From contig NIVC01000369.1 in assembly GCA_002269645.1 (NCBI GenBank), positions 124,001 through 188,000 on the forward strand: DNA of 64,000 nt, in the 5' to 3' direction. Within the stretch, counting starts at the first letter, position 1. Each line of letters opens with the position of its first letter. The DNA is from Macrostomum lignano. Its lineage: Eukaryota. The position numbers and the translations under genes are program-made. Below are positions 50,957 to 63,620 of the stretch, in pieces. Below the pieces are notes generated by a model, which saw only the letters and a program-made list of their open reading frames with translations, was not told where the DNA came from and did no database searches.

Positions 50957-51357
50957 TAGAGGTCGGACGGGATCCCGATCCCGATCCCGAAATCTTGGGA
51001 TCCCAAGGAAAATTGGATTCCCGCGGGACTAGAATCCCAACCCTAAAAAACACGAGAAACGGGAACAGGTCTTTTGATTAAAAATTTATAGAATTAGTGA
51101 TTACTTGAATGTATTTTGTTTTACCTTGTACTCATTACATTATTAATTTGTTGGTTACAAAACTTGTCAATCAATCAATTTTGTTGTATTCTACTTTTTG
51201 ATCTTGACATTTTTAGCTCAATTTTGTTTAACTTTATATGGACCTACAAGCTACAATACACTAAAAGACCTGATCCCGAATCCCGATCCCGATCTTGAGA
51301 AAAAAAATATTCCCGATCCCGATCCTGCCCAAAGATTTCAATCCCGTCCGACCTCTT
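50957..51357. mobile_element. hAT-like MITE (~400 bp)
   Basis: TIR TAGAGGTCGGACGGGAT / ATCCCGTCCGACCTCT(T), subterminal ATCCCG repeats at both ends, 8-bp TSD CTATCTAG / CTATCTAA (7/8). Confidence 0.75.
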
Positions 51358-52425
51358 CTATCTAAGGCCTATCACAAAAAATCCTTGGCTTTATAAATAT
51401 AATTAAAGAAACTTTAATCTTTAGGGCCTATAAAATTAAAATAATTGGCCTACTATAACCCTAAACCATAGGGCCTAGCTAAGATGCATAATAGGCCCAA
51501 ATTATACCTAATCATATAGCATATATAAGCCTATTAACTAGGTCTAGGCCTAGTTAAAATTAAATTCATTCAAGAAAAAAACAATAAAAGAAAATGTCTA
51601 AAGCACAATGCCCTAGCTAGTTTCCTACCTTAAACTATTTTTTGACACTAAATTTGAAACAAATAAACCAAAATAAACCAAATAAGTTTGGTTTATTTTG
51701 ATAAACTAAAATAAGTTTTCTAAAGTATACTTAAGATATATGTAAGTCTTTAAACTACTGATTAAGGTCTTAAAAACAGCATTTATATAGTATGATAATA
51801 GGTCACCTTATACTATAGAAGAAGTTGCTGAAACACTGCTTAAGATAGGCCCCTAGTAGGTATTAGAAGAACTTGCTGACTGAGATAGAAATCAAAAAGG
51901 TCATTACAATCAGTTTATGACTAGTAGGGCCTAGGCCTATCATTTGTTAAATTTAGATATAAAATTTATGGGAATCGGACATTTTGTCCAAAAACTTTTT
52001 GTCTGGGTCTCTTCATCTGGATGAGAAATTTTATCTAAAGTTCTAAAAGGTATGGCATTTTGTCCAATAGGCACAACATTTTGTCCAAGTCCGATATACA
52101 AATAATTTAAAATGGTACTAGCATTATAAAATGTACTAGCATTGTAAAATGGCATTAAAACCTCAAGTAGTAAAATGATATATATAGAATGTCATGTTGA
52201 TGCAAATGTTAAGTAGGTGATGCATTAGGCCTAGGTTTAACCATTTTTGAAAAATAAATATGGCCCACAGACTTTAGGAAGCTGTTGGGGCTACTTTGTC
52301 CTTTTTTGAAAAGTTGCCACTGATGAGCAATGCATCCCTGGATTGTCTTTGATGCTTTACATTGGTATCGCAGCACAATGCCCTAGTCTAGAAGCTATTT
52401 TTGTATCAAAATCAACTGAGCCTTA

Positions 52426-55235
52426 GGTAGGGGGTCCAGTGAGAAAATTTTTTTTTTCGAAATCCAAATTTTTAATCATGCCATGTTGTAGTCCTGGATG
52501 TTATGAGTGAAATGACACCAAACTTTTGAAAATTGATCAAGTAATAAAAAAGTTATGGAGTTTTTCGTTTCAAAAAAATGGTGTTTTTTCCCTATCTGAA
52601 ATACACTAAAAACTGTGCCATTTTTGGGCAAAAAAACATGTTTTGTGCAGTAAAATGTCTGTAACTTTCTTATTTTATAACCAATTTTAGTGCTTTATGT
52701 TTTATTTTGTAGATTTTTGTTGCTACAACATTATCTGATATTTTTTTCTATATATATACTGTTCTATATATGCAGATATCTGGGGATTAGGACAAAAAGG
52801 TGAAGAAAAAAAATTTTCTGGAGTACCATTCTTTGGCTTTTTCATGGTATAGTTTCTATTTACCTTATTTTATATTACTTCCATGTCAAAGAAATACTTG
52901 TATACTATAATTAGTAAGATTTTTGACTTTCTACTATAAGTAGTATTTAAATGAGTGACTATTATTTCTATGAAAACGGGTCTTCCAAAGTACCATTCTG
53001 GATGTCTATGTTGTCTAAAAATCTATGTAGCTCGTGTCAATATTAATCTTAACTATCTTCATGCTGGAGTCATTCAAAAGATTTTTGTAGTCCATTTAAC
53101 AGCTGTAATGAATCGATACTGTATTAAGTAATATGTTACTAAATCATGTACTTTCATGTTTGAAGAGACCATGCCCATATTCAGCAATTGATCGAATATA
53201 GATTTACAGTTTATCTGCATCATTTGATTCATTTACTTGTTCACTGTGTTCACTTTTCAGCGCGATAGCTGTTCGTGGTAATCCAGTCAATTTGTCTGCT
53301 ATCAAATTCAGCTGCAGTCAGTGCAGCTCGTCAGCAAATATTTCATCTGCTGTGCTGGCCTTCTCATCGTACTATGAGTCTACTACAGTACTACAACTGT
53401 AGCTACTACAATCAAGCCAGTCAAGAATGAGACAATATTACAGGGTGGGTTTCAGGTCCTTGACACGAATGTAGGTCGCCATCGTGTCCAGGGTGCTGGA
53501 ATCAGCCAGCAGGCAGTCAACAAAACCCGTGTGCGTGCCTTTCCTCTCCAGTATTAAGGTGTCTGCAGCGTCAGTAGCATCTGCACCAGCTGCGGGCGGT
53601 ACGAACCGGCTTGGATGACATGGCCTGGCAGCTGGAGACTGGAGTCGCCAACTGCGCAACAACAGTTTGCTGAGATGGGACACCATGTTGGTGATTGGTG
53701 AATTGTGACTTGCTCGTAGCCAATCTAACAATCTTGAGCAATACACAGCGTGATTACATTGTATACTGTAGTATGTACATGCACATGTATGAGAGTATGA
53801 CAGTCGATTCGTCTGCTCCTGTTTTCATCCCCAGTCAGTTGTCTCCCAGCAGCCGAATTGGCTGAGAACCCTTTTAGTCAGTTCAGCCTCTACTCAACTG
53901 CTTCACTTTAGTGCTTTAATATTTTTAATTAGCTTGGCAGAATGTCTCAGTCTGCCTGCAGACACTAAACTAGACGCACTTTGTAACCTGTGGAGGCAGT
54001 AACAAAAGTGAAAAAGGTGCGGGACCTGTAGAGGTCAAAGGTGTGCGAGGAAGCTGCTGGCAAGCAGAGTCCCTGGGTCATCTACATGGGCCAGGCACTT
54101 GTCTTTCCTGCTGTGGTCCCAGCTGCAACTGAGCCAGAGTCGACTTCTAGCACGCCAGTTTGCCAACCTTTGCTGCTGCTGTTGCCTGGTCCCCTTCAGA
54201 GAAGAGGGCGCCGACGCAGGCCTTCGAGAAGCTGCGCGCAATCTTCGGGCCCAGCTGGAATGATCAGAGGCGACTGTAGAAAGCTTCACCCATGAGCTTG
54301 TCATGCACTCATAGTAGATACTGTATAGGCGCAGCATGTCTGGCATCTGGAAGATCTGCAAATAAAAGATGGATTAGTGAGAAATGCATAAGAAATATAG
54401 TATATCGTAAGTCCTGCTATCCCTTTTTAAAGAAAAATTGCATACATGACTTCTTTTCGAATATACAGCCCCTCAATGTACATTTTTCCTATCTCGGTAG
54501 TGTATTTTGCATGTACACCTGTGCCAATTATGCTTAATAACGTTGGTGCGGCAAAAGTTATCAGTATGTGCCTTTAGGACAAAGATTTTGGCCTGTTTTG
54601 CTATCATTTTATCGAAGAAACTAACTGGCCATTCTTTTGAGCTTCGAAAATTTCCCGATTTTAATGTCTCTTATGGGGATTTGCATGCATTTTGACGATT
54701 TCTGTTAAGCATACTGCGGCAAGAGTTACACTCATCTTGTCTTGCCTAAAAGTTTCATTTTGTCCCTAGAAGTAAGTAGCAAAAAGAATTAGGGTGGCCG
54801 CTCTTTCCATTCAAAAGTTATGGCCATTTTAAATTTTACATGTACATGTACATGTACATATTTTTGAACAAAAAAAGTTCACTTAAAATGACCTCCAGGA
54901 AGTTACCTACACTCAGTGTGCAAGCATTCTTAGCAGTTATGCACTCATTTACTAAAAAACGAATCCTCCCGATCCCATATTTTCAAGCAAATTCGGCACA
55001 GTTTTGAAAATGTACGAAAATGTACACAATGTTTGACAGGCTGTATCTTTGTAATCGTATGTCCTAAACATGAAAACTATATGTCGTTTAAAACATCTGT
55101 TTGCCTTCTTTTCAATGAATATAAGAACGTGGTCATATCTCAAATATTTAAAAAGTTACATACGTTTAAAGAAGACCACTTTTACCATTTTTCGGTTTTG
55201 CACATGCTAAAAATAGGCTCGCTGGACACCCTACC
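52426..55235. mobile_element. 2.8-kb TIR DNA transposon remnant (PIF/Harbinger-like by TSD) with decayed internal ORFs
   Basis: 18-bp TIR GGTAGGGGGTCCAGTGAG / CTCGCTGGACACCCTACC (16/18) with TTA on both sides. AT-rich subtermini and GC-rich broken reading frames at ~53440-53750 and ~54035-54360 (minus). Confidence 0.65.
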
Positions 55236-56087
55236 TTAGGTTACTAAGCACTAGAACCTTGGTTGGTTGGATAGATGATTCAATGGCAGCCAACATTGCC
55301 TTGTCTATTAGAGTCCCTATCGCACTGAACAGTCTGCAACAGCCTTCTAGCATAGCTATATTGCAACTTGCATCTTTATCATTATGCCTGCTATAGGCAA
55401 GTGCCCATATTCATGGCATTCAACTAAGTGCTTGTCAAATTGACAAACTACTGCAGAGCAAGTTGTGTCTATATTCTGGTGTATACATGCTGGTATGTAC
55501 ATATTATTAACATTACTATATACCATATTAACAATATAAATTTGCTTAAAATTTTATGTCAAAATAATTTAAGTAGGAAACTAGGGCATTGCCTAGCTAT
55601 ATAAAATGATATATTAACGATATACATAGGAACATTACAAAGTTTGCATTGCTGATTTACAATAATTTAATAGTTAATACAGCAATAGGCCCATGTTTAG
55701 GATTTATAAAATACAATATAAATATAAAATTTCAATTTTTTGTTTTAACTTTTAGCTAATAGTTTACAATATTTTTCATACAAGCAATTTTTTAATAGCA
55801 AAAACTTAAGACATTTTTCTTTTTGTCCTTGTCTTATTTCTACTAGTCTAACCTTGATTTTTTGGTAGCTAGTTCCAAAGATACAATAAAGCAAAACCTT
55901 TTTTTAATTCTAATAGATGCTTCCAAGGTAAAAATTTTATCATCAACAAGTTTTCTTTCATTGTCATAGTATTTATTTGAATTTTGTTATGATATATTGG
56001 CTATAATCACAGTACATCTCTACAAAAAATGAGTAAACTAAGCAAAATATGGTTTTATTTTGAAGCTGTAATTAAATTAAATTCCAG

Positions 56088-56198
56088 GCAGACTTTTCAT
56101 CCTTGCTGACAGAAATTGACCACTACCTTGGTTGTAGTGGTAAGCAGTCAGACAGTGGCGCCAACAACAATGAGCTGGTGCTGTCCCATCGAATTGAT
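56088..56198 (+). CDS. CIP2A: CIP2A, early exon
   Basis: TTCCAG|GCA ... GAT|GTAAGT, 111 nt, ADFSSLLTEIDHYLG.... A candidate ATGCTG|GTATGT micro start exon lies at 55487-55492. Confidence 0.7.
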
Positions 56199-56339
56199 GT
56201 AAGTCTTGTTGTTCACTAGACTCCATTGTCTCAATCGCATTTGTCAATTATCAGCTGGTATATCTCTTAGATATGAATCCCTAGATCCCATTTCTTTTTG
56301 CAAATCTTATTCCCACATCCTAGTCTATTCCCAGGTCAC

Positions 56340-57050
56340 ATTCTCTTTCCAGATCCCATTCTCTTCCCAGATCCCATTCGCTTCCCAGATCCCATTCTCT
56401 TCCCAGGTGCCATTCTCTTCTCAGATCTCATTCTCTTCCCAGGTTGAATTCCTTTCCCAGATCCCATTCTCTTATCAGGTTGCATTCATTTCCCAGATCC
56501 CATTCTCTTATCAGGTTGCATTCATTTCCCAGATCCCATTCTCTTCCCAGATCCCATTCTCTTCCCAGATCCGATTCTCTTATCAGGTTGCATTCCTTTC
56601 CCAGATCCCATTCTCTTCCCAGATCCCATTCTCTTATCAGGTTGCATTCTTTTCCCAGATCCCATTCTCTTCCCAGATCCCATTCTCTTATCAGGTTGCA
56701 TTCCTTTCCCAGATCCCATTCTCTTCCCAGATCCCATTCTCTTATCAGGTTGCATTCATTTCCCAGATCCCATTCTCTTCCCAGATCCCATTCTCTTATC
56801 AGGTTGCATTCTTTTCCCAGATCCCATTCTCTTCCCAGATCCCATTCTCTTATCAGGTTGCATTCCTTTCCCAGATCCCATTCTCTTATCAGGTTGCATT
56901 CTCTTCCCAGATCCCATTCTCTTCCCAGATCTTATTCTCTTCCTAGATCCAATCTCTTCCCAACTCCCCAGTCTCCTTCCAGACCCTAGTCTCTCCCCAG
57001 ATCCCACCCCCTCACCTGATACATTTCTTTCTCTCCCCAGATCCCATTGT
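56340..57050. repeat. 18-bp-based minisatellite (CCCAGATCCCATTCTCTT / ATCAGGTTGCATTCCTTT)
   Basis: Alternating 18-bp units. A related tract lies at ~60610-60770. Confidence 0.9.
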
Positions 57051-57180
57051 CTTCATATCTTATTGCATCTCATTATCTTCCAGTATCCCAATCTCCTAGG
57101 TTCTAGATCCCAATGCCTTCTCTACGCGTCACTTGCAATGCTAATAATATTGATATTCATTGAATTGCTCAACAATCCAG

Positions 57181-57331
57181 CACTTCTTGGGTCTGCACCC
57201 GTCACAACTGGAGCTGGAGTCCGACGTGACTCGGGATTGTCTGGAAGCACTGCTGGAACTGCTTGTCACCGGCCGGAGCGGAGTGTCTCACTCTCTTCGA
57301 CGCAGATGCGTAAAGCTATTGACCCACCTGG
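57181..57331 (+). CDS. CIP2A: CIP2A exon (ARM-like region)
   Basis: ATCCAG|CAC ... G|GTGAGT, 151 nt. RDCLEALLELL...RCVKLLTHL is similar to CIP2A SECLSCLVELL...SIIGLLSQL (recalled). Confidence 0.8.
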
Positions 57332-57429
57332 GTGAGTTCAGTTACGTTAGATAAAACTTACGTGTTTCTATTTAAGACTACTAAGATTATAATTGGGATT
57401 TCGGATTCAAATAGTTATTTATATATGAT

Positions 57430-57880
57430 ATTATTATAGGGATTTATGGGATTCTAATTCAAGAGATTTTTAAGAGATTCTAATTCGGATGTATAAAATT
57501 CTAATTCGAATTTATGAGATTCTAATTCGGAGTTTTATGAAATTCTAATTTGGATTTATGAGATTCTAATTCGGAATTTTATGAAATTCTAATTCGAATT
57601 TATGAGATGCTAATTCGGAATTTTATGAAATTCTAATTCGAATTTATGAGATGCTAATTGAGATTTATGCGTTTCTAATAGGGATTCATGGAATTCTAAT
57701 AGGGATTCATGAGATGCTAATTGAGATTTATGCGTTTCTAATTGGGATTTTATGTGTTTGTATTGGGGTTTATGAGATTCTAATTTAGATATTTGATATT
57801 CTAATAGGAATTTCTGAGAATCTAATAGGATTTATGAAATTTTAATAGGGATTTATGAGATTCGAAAAGAGATTTATGAT
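57430..57880. repeat. Degenerate ~21-bp repeat (GAGATTCTAATTCGGAATTTAT)n
   Basis: Recurrent TTTATGAGATTCTAAT units. Confidence 0.8.
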
Positions 57881-57917
57881 AACAGACAGTTATTGCCCAT
57901 TCCTAATAAATTTTCAG

Positions 57918-58134
57918 CAAGCAGTCGAGCGTGGCAGGAGACGCTGCTGGAATCGCACAGCTGCTTGGATCGACTGCCAGTGTTCTTTCATCAGCGTCCA
58001 TCGCATCCGTTGCTGACTGACGGCCTGTGCTTGCTGCAGGCGCTCTGCTTTGATTATCATTTTGGTGCTTGGACTGACGGTGACAGGGCTGCGGCTGTTG
58101 CCTCCGTGGTTTCCGTGCTGCTGTTCTATCTCAG
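57918..58134 (+). CDS. CIP2A: CIP2A exon (ARM-like region)
   Basis: TTTTCAG|CA ... AG|GTAGGC, 217 nt, phase 1-2 compatible with both neighbours. Confidence 0.8.
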
Positions 58135-58149
58135 GTAGGCTTGTAATAT

Positions 58150-59775
58150 AGCTTCAGGGAGGGGTGGGTAGCCTAAAAACTTCAGGGAGGGGTTTGTAGT
58201 ATGATAAAACAGCAAGGTGGGGTTTTGTGGCTTGATAAAACTTCAGGTAGGTGTTTGTAGCCTGATAAAACTTCAGAGAATAGTTATTAGTCTGATAAAA
58301 CTTCAGGGAGGGGTTAGTAACTTGATAAAACTTCTGGTAGGGGTTTGTAGCCTGATAAAACTTCAGAGAATAGTTATTAGTCTGATAAAACTTCAGAGAA
58401 TAGTTATTAGCCTGATAAAACTTCAGGTAGGGGTTAGTAGCCTGATAAAACTTCAGAGAATAGTTATTAGTCTGATAAAACTTCAGGGAGGGGTTAGTAA
58501 CTTGATAAAACTTCTGGTAGGGGTTTGTAGCCTGATAAAACTTCAGAGAATAATTATTAGTCTGATAAAACTTCAGGGAGGGGTTATTAACCTGATAAAA
58601 CTTCAGGGAGGGGTTTGTAGCTAGATAAAACTTCAGAGAATGGTTATTAGCCTGATAAAACTTCAGGGAGGGGTTATTAGCTTGATAAAACTTCAGAGAA
58701 TGGTTATTAGCCTGATAAAACTTCAGGGAGGGGTTAGTAGCTAGATAAAACTTCAGAGAATAGTTATTAGCCTGATAAAACTTCAGGGAGGGGTTAGTAG
58801 CTAGATAAAACTTCAGAGAATAGTTATTAGCCTGATAAAACTTCAGGGAGGGGTTAGTAGCTAGATAAAACTTCAGAGAATAGTTATTAGCCTGATAAAA
58901 CTTCAGGGAGGGGTTAGTAACTTGATAAAACTTCTGGTAGGGGTTTGTAGCCTGATAAAACTTTAGAGAATAGTTATTAGTCTGATAAAACTTCAGGGAG
59001 GGGTTAGTAACCTGATAAAACTTCAGGGAGGGGTTTGTAGCTAGATAAAACTTCAGAGAATAGTTATTAGCCTGATAAAACTTCAGGGAGGGGTTATTAG
59101 CTTGATAAAACTTCAGAGAATGGTTATTAGCCTGATAAAACTTCAGGGAGGGGTTAGTAGCTAGATAAAACTTCAGAGAATAGTTATTAGCCTGATAAAA
59201 CTTCAGGGAGGGGTTAGTAGCTAGATAAAACTTCAGAGAATAGTTATTAGCCTGATAAAACTTCAGGTAGGGGTTAGTAGCCTGATAAAACTTCAGGGAG
59301 GGGTTATTAGTCTGATAAAACTTCAGAGAATAGTTATTAGCCTGATAAAACTTCAGGTAGGGGTTAGTAGCCTGATAAAACTTCAGGGAGGGGTTATTAG
59401 CCTGATAAAACTTCAGGGAATGGTTATTAGCCTGATAAAACTTCAGGGAAGGATTAGTAGCCTGATAAAACTTCAGGGAGGGGTTATTAGTCTGATAAAA
59501 CTTCAGGGAATGGTTATTAGCCTGATAAAACTTCAGGGAGGGGTTAGTAGCTTGATAAACTTCAGGGAAGGATTAGTAGCCTGATAAAACTTCAGGGAGG
59601 GGTTATTAGTCTGATAAAACTTCAGGGAATGGTTATTAGCCTGATAAAACTTCAGGGAGGGGTTAGTAGCTTGATAAAACTTCAGGGAGGGATTAGTAGC
59701 CTGATAAAACTTCAGGGAGGGATTAGTAGCCTGATAAAAGTTCAGGGAGGGGTTCGTAGTCTAAGAAAGCTTCAG
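58150..59775. repeat. 30-bp minisatellite (CTGATAAAACTTCAGGGAGGGGTTATTAGC)n
   Basis: About 54 units in two or three alternating variants. Confidence 0.95.
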
Positions 59776-60034
59776 GGAGGGTTCGTAATTTAGTAAAACT
59801 TAATGGATGAAAGTTTAGTAATCCACATGATTCAAGAAGGGCTTGATATCACAAATTATTAAAAACAGTTTTGTAAAATTACCCTAATTAAAGCTATTTT
59901 CAGGGTTTAACAAACATAATATGCTTAAAAATTACACCGACTAATTACTGAATCTATTAATTGAGTAGTGAATTCAGGGCATGTCGTGAACAGCAATCAT
60001 AAACATTTATTTTTTATGATTTTAACTTCCCCAG

Positions 60035-60473
60035 AAACGACTCGGACATGGCAATCTACGAACCATCGCTTGGCATTCTCGCTTCCCTGCTTCGCGGCAA
60101 TACCGACTGCCAGAATTTGGTTCGCAATTCTGACAAGTTTCACTGGCTAAAAAAGCAGCTATTGAAAAATTTGGAGAATCCGTCATTAAGCATTACTATT
60201 TATTCAATGTCGCTAATCTACTATCTTGGTGGGTGTGGTGAACAGCTGTTTAACTGTCCAACCAATTCCTATCAGAGCATTCAAGCTGTGTTTCATGTAC
60301 TACTGACTGGCAGTTGCAATAGTAGATGGGCGCCATTGTATTCCGCTAATTTGCTTATTGATATTGCCACTTCTGGCTTCAATCAGGACTTGTTGCCTAC
60401 TTATGAGTATTTGCCAGTCTGCTTGGGACCGCTGTTGGATCAGCTGACAGCGGAGAAGCTGCTTCAAGGCAAG
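60035..60473 (+). CDS. CIP2A: CIP2A exon (conserved ARM core); the gene presumably continues beyond
   Basis: PSLGILASLLRGN, GEQLF, QAVFHVLLTG, YSANLLIDI and TYEYLPVCL align with human CIP2A PCLGLLANLCRHN, GEKLF, QLIFNILING, YSVDLLMDL and RYEHFSSCL (recalled). CCCCAG|A ... AAG|GTGAGT. Confidence 0.9.
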
Positions 60474-60774
60474 GTGAGTGAAATTTTGTGCCTATTTTGT
60501 AAAATTGTTCTCAGATCAGTTTTAATATAATCATCTCAAATAATTAGAACACGATACTAAGATCCCTGTGTCTTCTGACATCCAGTTGCCTCATCCTTGT
60601 CTCTTCTTAACTCCCATTCTCCCAGATCCCATTCTCAATTCCCAGAACCCATTACCTTCTCAGATCCCCTTACCTTCTCAGATCCCCTTACCTTCCCAGA
60701 TCCCATTATCTTCCTAGATTCCATTCTCTTCCCAAATCCCATTCTATCTCTCTTCCCAAATCCCATAGATAGAG

Positions 60775-61515
60775 AAGGATCTAGGGTTATAAAAGGGTCT
60801 AGGGTAAGAGAAGGGCTTAGGGTAAGAGAAGGGTTTAGGGTAAGAGAAGGGCTTAGGGTAAGAGAAGGGCTTAGGGTAAGAGAAGGGTTTAGGGTAAGAG
60901 AAGGGTTTAGGGTAAGAGAAGGGTTTAGGGTAAGAGAAGGGTTTAGGGTAAGAGAAGGGTTTAGGGTAAGAGAAGGGCTTAGGGTAAGAGAAGGGATTAG
61001 GTAAGAGAAGGGTTTAGGGTAAGAGAAGGCTTAGGGTAAGAGAAGGGTTTGGGGTAAGAGAAGGGCTTAGGGTAAGAGAAGGGTTTAGGGTAAGAGAAGG
61101 GTTTAGGGTAAGAGAAGGTTTAGGGTAAGAGAAGGGCTTAGGGTAAGAGAAGGGTTTGGGGTAAGAGAGGGCTTAGGGTAAGAGAAAGGTTTAGGGTAAG
61201 AGAAGGGTTTAGGGTAAGAGAAGGGCTTAGGGTAAGAGAAGGGTTTGGGGTAAGAGAAGGGTTTAGGGTAAGAGAAGGGTTTAGGGTAAGAGAAGGGTTT
61301 AGGGTAAGAGAAGGGCTTAGGGTAAGAGAAGGGCTTAGGGTAAGAGAAGGGTTTGGGGTAAGAGAAGGCTTAGGGTAAGAGAAAGGTTTAGGGTAAGAGA
61401 AGGGTTTAGGGTAAGAGAAGGGTTTAGGGTAAGAGAAGGGTCTAGGGTAATAGAAGGGTCTAGGATAAGCGAAGGGTTTAGGGTAAGAGAAGGGTTTAGG
61501 GTAAGAGAAGGATTC
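60775..61515. repeat. 18-bp minisatellite (GGTAAGAGAAGGGYTTAG)n containing TTAGGG
   Basis: About 40 units, most with one TTAGGG. Confidence 0.95.
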
Positions 61516-62020
61516 AGAACTAAAGGATCTAGGGAATTGACGAAATAGGAAACAATTATGTGGGTCAAAGATTTGAGAGTCATCTTAAACTATGGCGATA
61601 TTAAGAAAGGGTAAACTGGTCTAGGACCTTCATGAAGTACATGATACGTTGTGCTCGCGCGTCAGCGTTCAATCATAAGCTAGTCTAGGATAATTTGAGT
61701 CGTGACGTTTCGCTGTGGTGACTACGATTTAATTTCTTATCGTTAAATCGAAAGCATCGGTAAGACAGACGGCGAGTTCTGAGGACGCTAAGGCGGCAAT
61801 TTCGACAGGCAGACAATTGACTAGATATATTCGTAATACACCTAAGGGTCACGGTCAGATTCGTGTCTGAGCTTGATCACGAGTTGATAGACAACGGTGT
61901 CGAATCGCACCTATCAGACGTCAAATTAGTCGTGCAATGTCTTCGAAAGCTTGCATTACAACAAGCGACCCGCGAATAACGTTTGACGACCCGACATTCT
62001 TACGAAAAAGTTCACAGTTA

Positions 62021-63620
62021 AGAGGGTCTAGGGGTAATCGATGGGGTTAGAGGGTCTAGGGGTAATCGATGTCAAGAGGGTCTAGGGGTAATCGATGTTA
62101 AGAGGGTCTAGGGGTAATCGATGCATGTCAAGAGGGTATAGGGGTAATCGATGTCAAGAGGGTCTAGGGGTAATCGATGACAAGAGGGTCTAGGGGTAAT
62201 CGATGTCAAGAGGGTCTAGGGGTAATCGATGTTAAGAGGGTCTAGGGGTGATCGATGTTAAGAAGATCTAGGGTAATTGATGTTCACAGGGTCTAGGGGT
62301 ACTCAATGTTAAGAGGGTCTAGGGATACTCAATGTTAAGAGGGTCTAGGGGTACTCAATGTTAAGAGGGTCTAGGGATAATCGATGCTAGAGGGTATAGG
62401 GATAATCGATGTTAAGAGGGTCTAGGGGTACTCAATGTTAAGAGGGTCTAGGGATAATCGATGCTAGAGGGTATAGGGATAATCGATGTTAAGAGGGTCT
62501 AAGGGTACTCAATGTTAAGAGGGTCTAGGGATACTCAATGTTAAGAGGGTCTAGGGGTACTCAATGTTAAGAGGGTCTAGGGATAATCGATGCTAGAGGG
62601 TATAGGGATAATCGATGTTAAGAAAGTCTAAGGGTACTCGATGTTAGAGGATCTAGGGATAATCGATGTTAAGAGGGTCTAGGGGTAATCGATGTTAAGA
62701 GGGTCTAGGGGTAATCGATGTTAAGAGGGTCTAGTGGTAATCGATGTTAAGAGGGTCTATGGTAATCGATGTCAAGAGGGTCTAGGGGTAATCGATGTAA
62801 GAGGGTCTAGGGGTAATCGATGTTAAGAGGGTCTAGGGGTGATCGATGTTAAGAAGATCTAGGGGTAATTGATGTTCACAGGGTCTAGGGGTACTCAATG
62901 TTAAGAGGGTCTAGGGATACTCAATGTTAAGAGGGTCTAGGGGTACTCAATGTTAAGAGGGTCTAGGGATAATCGATGCTAGAGGGTATAGGGATAATCG
63001 ATGTTAAGAAAGTCTAAGGGTACTCGATGTTAGAGGATCTAGGGATAATCGATGTTAAGAGGGTCTATGGGTAATCGATGTTAAGAGGGTCTAGGGGTAA
63101 TCGATGTTAAGAGGGTCTAGGGGTAATCGATGTTAAGAGGGTCTATGGGTAATCGATGTTAAGAGGGTCTAGGGGTAATCGATGTTAAGAGGGTCTAGGG
63201 GTAATCGATGTCAAGAGGGTCTAGGGGTAATCGATGTTAAGAGGGTCTAGGGGTAATCGATGTTAAGAGGGTCTAGGGGTGATCGATGTTAAGAAGATCT
63301 AGGGGTAATTGATGTTCACAGGGTCTAGGGGTACTCAATGTTAAGAGGGTCTAGGGGTACTCAATGTTAAGAGGGTCTAGGGGTAATCGATGTCAAGAGG
63401 GTCTAGGGGTAATCGATGTTAAGAGGGTCTAGGGGTAATCGATGTTGAGAGGGTCTAGGAGTGATCGATGTTAAGAGGGTCTAGGGGTAATCGATCGTAA
63501 GAGGGTCTTAGGGGTAATCGATCGTAAGAGGGTCTTAGGGGTAATCGATCGTAAGAGGGTCTAGGGGTAATCGATCGTAAGAGGGTCTAGGGGTAATCGA
63601 TCGTAAGAGGGTCTTAGGGT
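62021..63620. repeat. 26-bp minisatellite (GATGTTAAGAGGGTCTAGGGGTAATC)n
   Basis: About 60 units with duplicated variant blocks. Confidence 0.95.

Noticed and set aside
56206-57007. SQIPF/RSHSL-repeat ORFs and similar ORFs at 24581-25700, 58217-58624 and 60597-61583
   Set aside because: Translations of intronic minisatellites.
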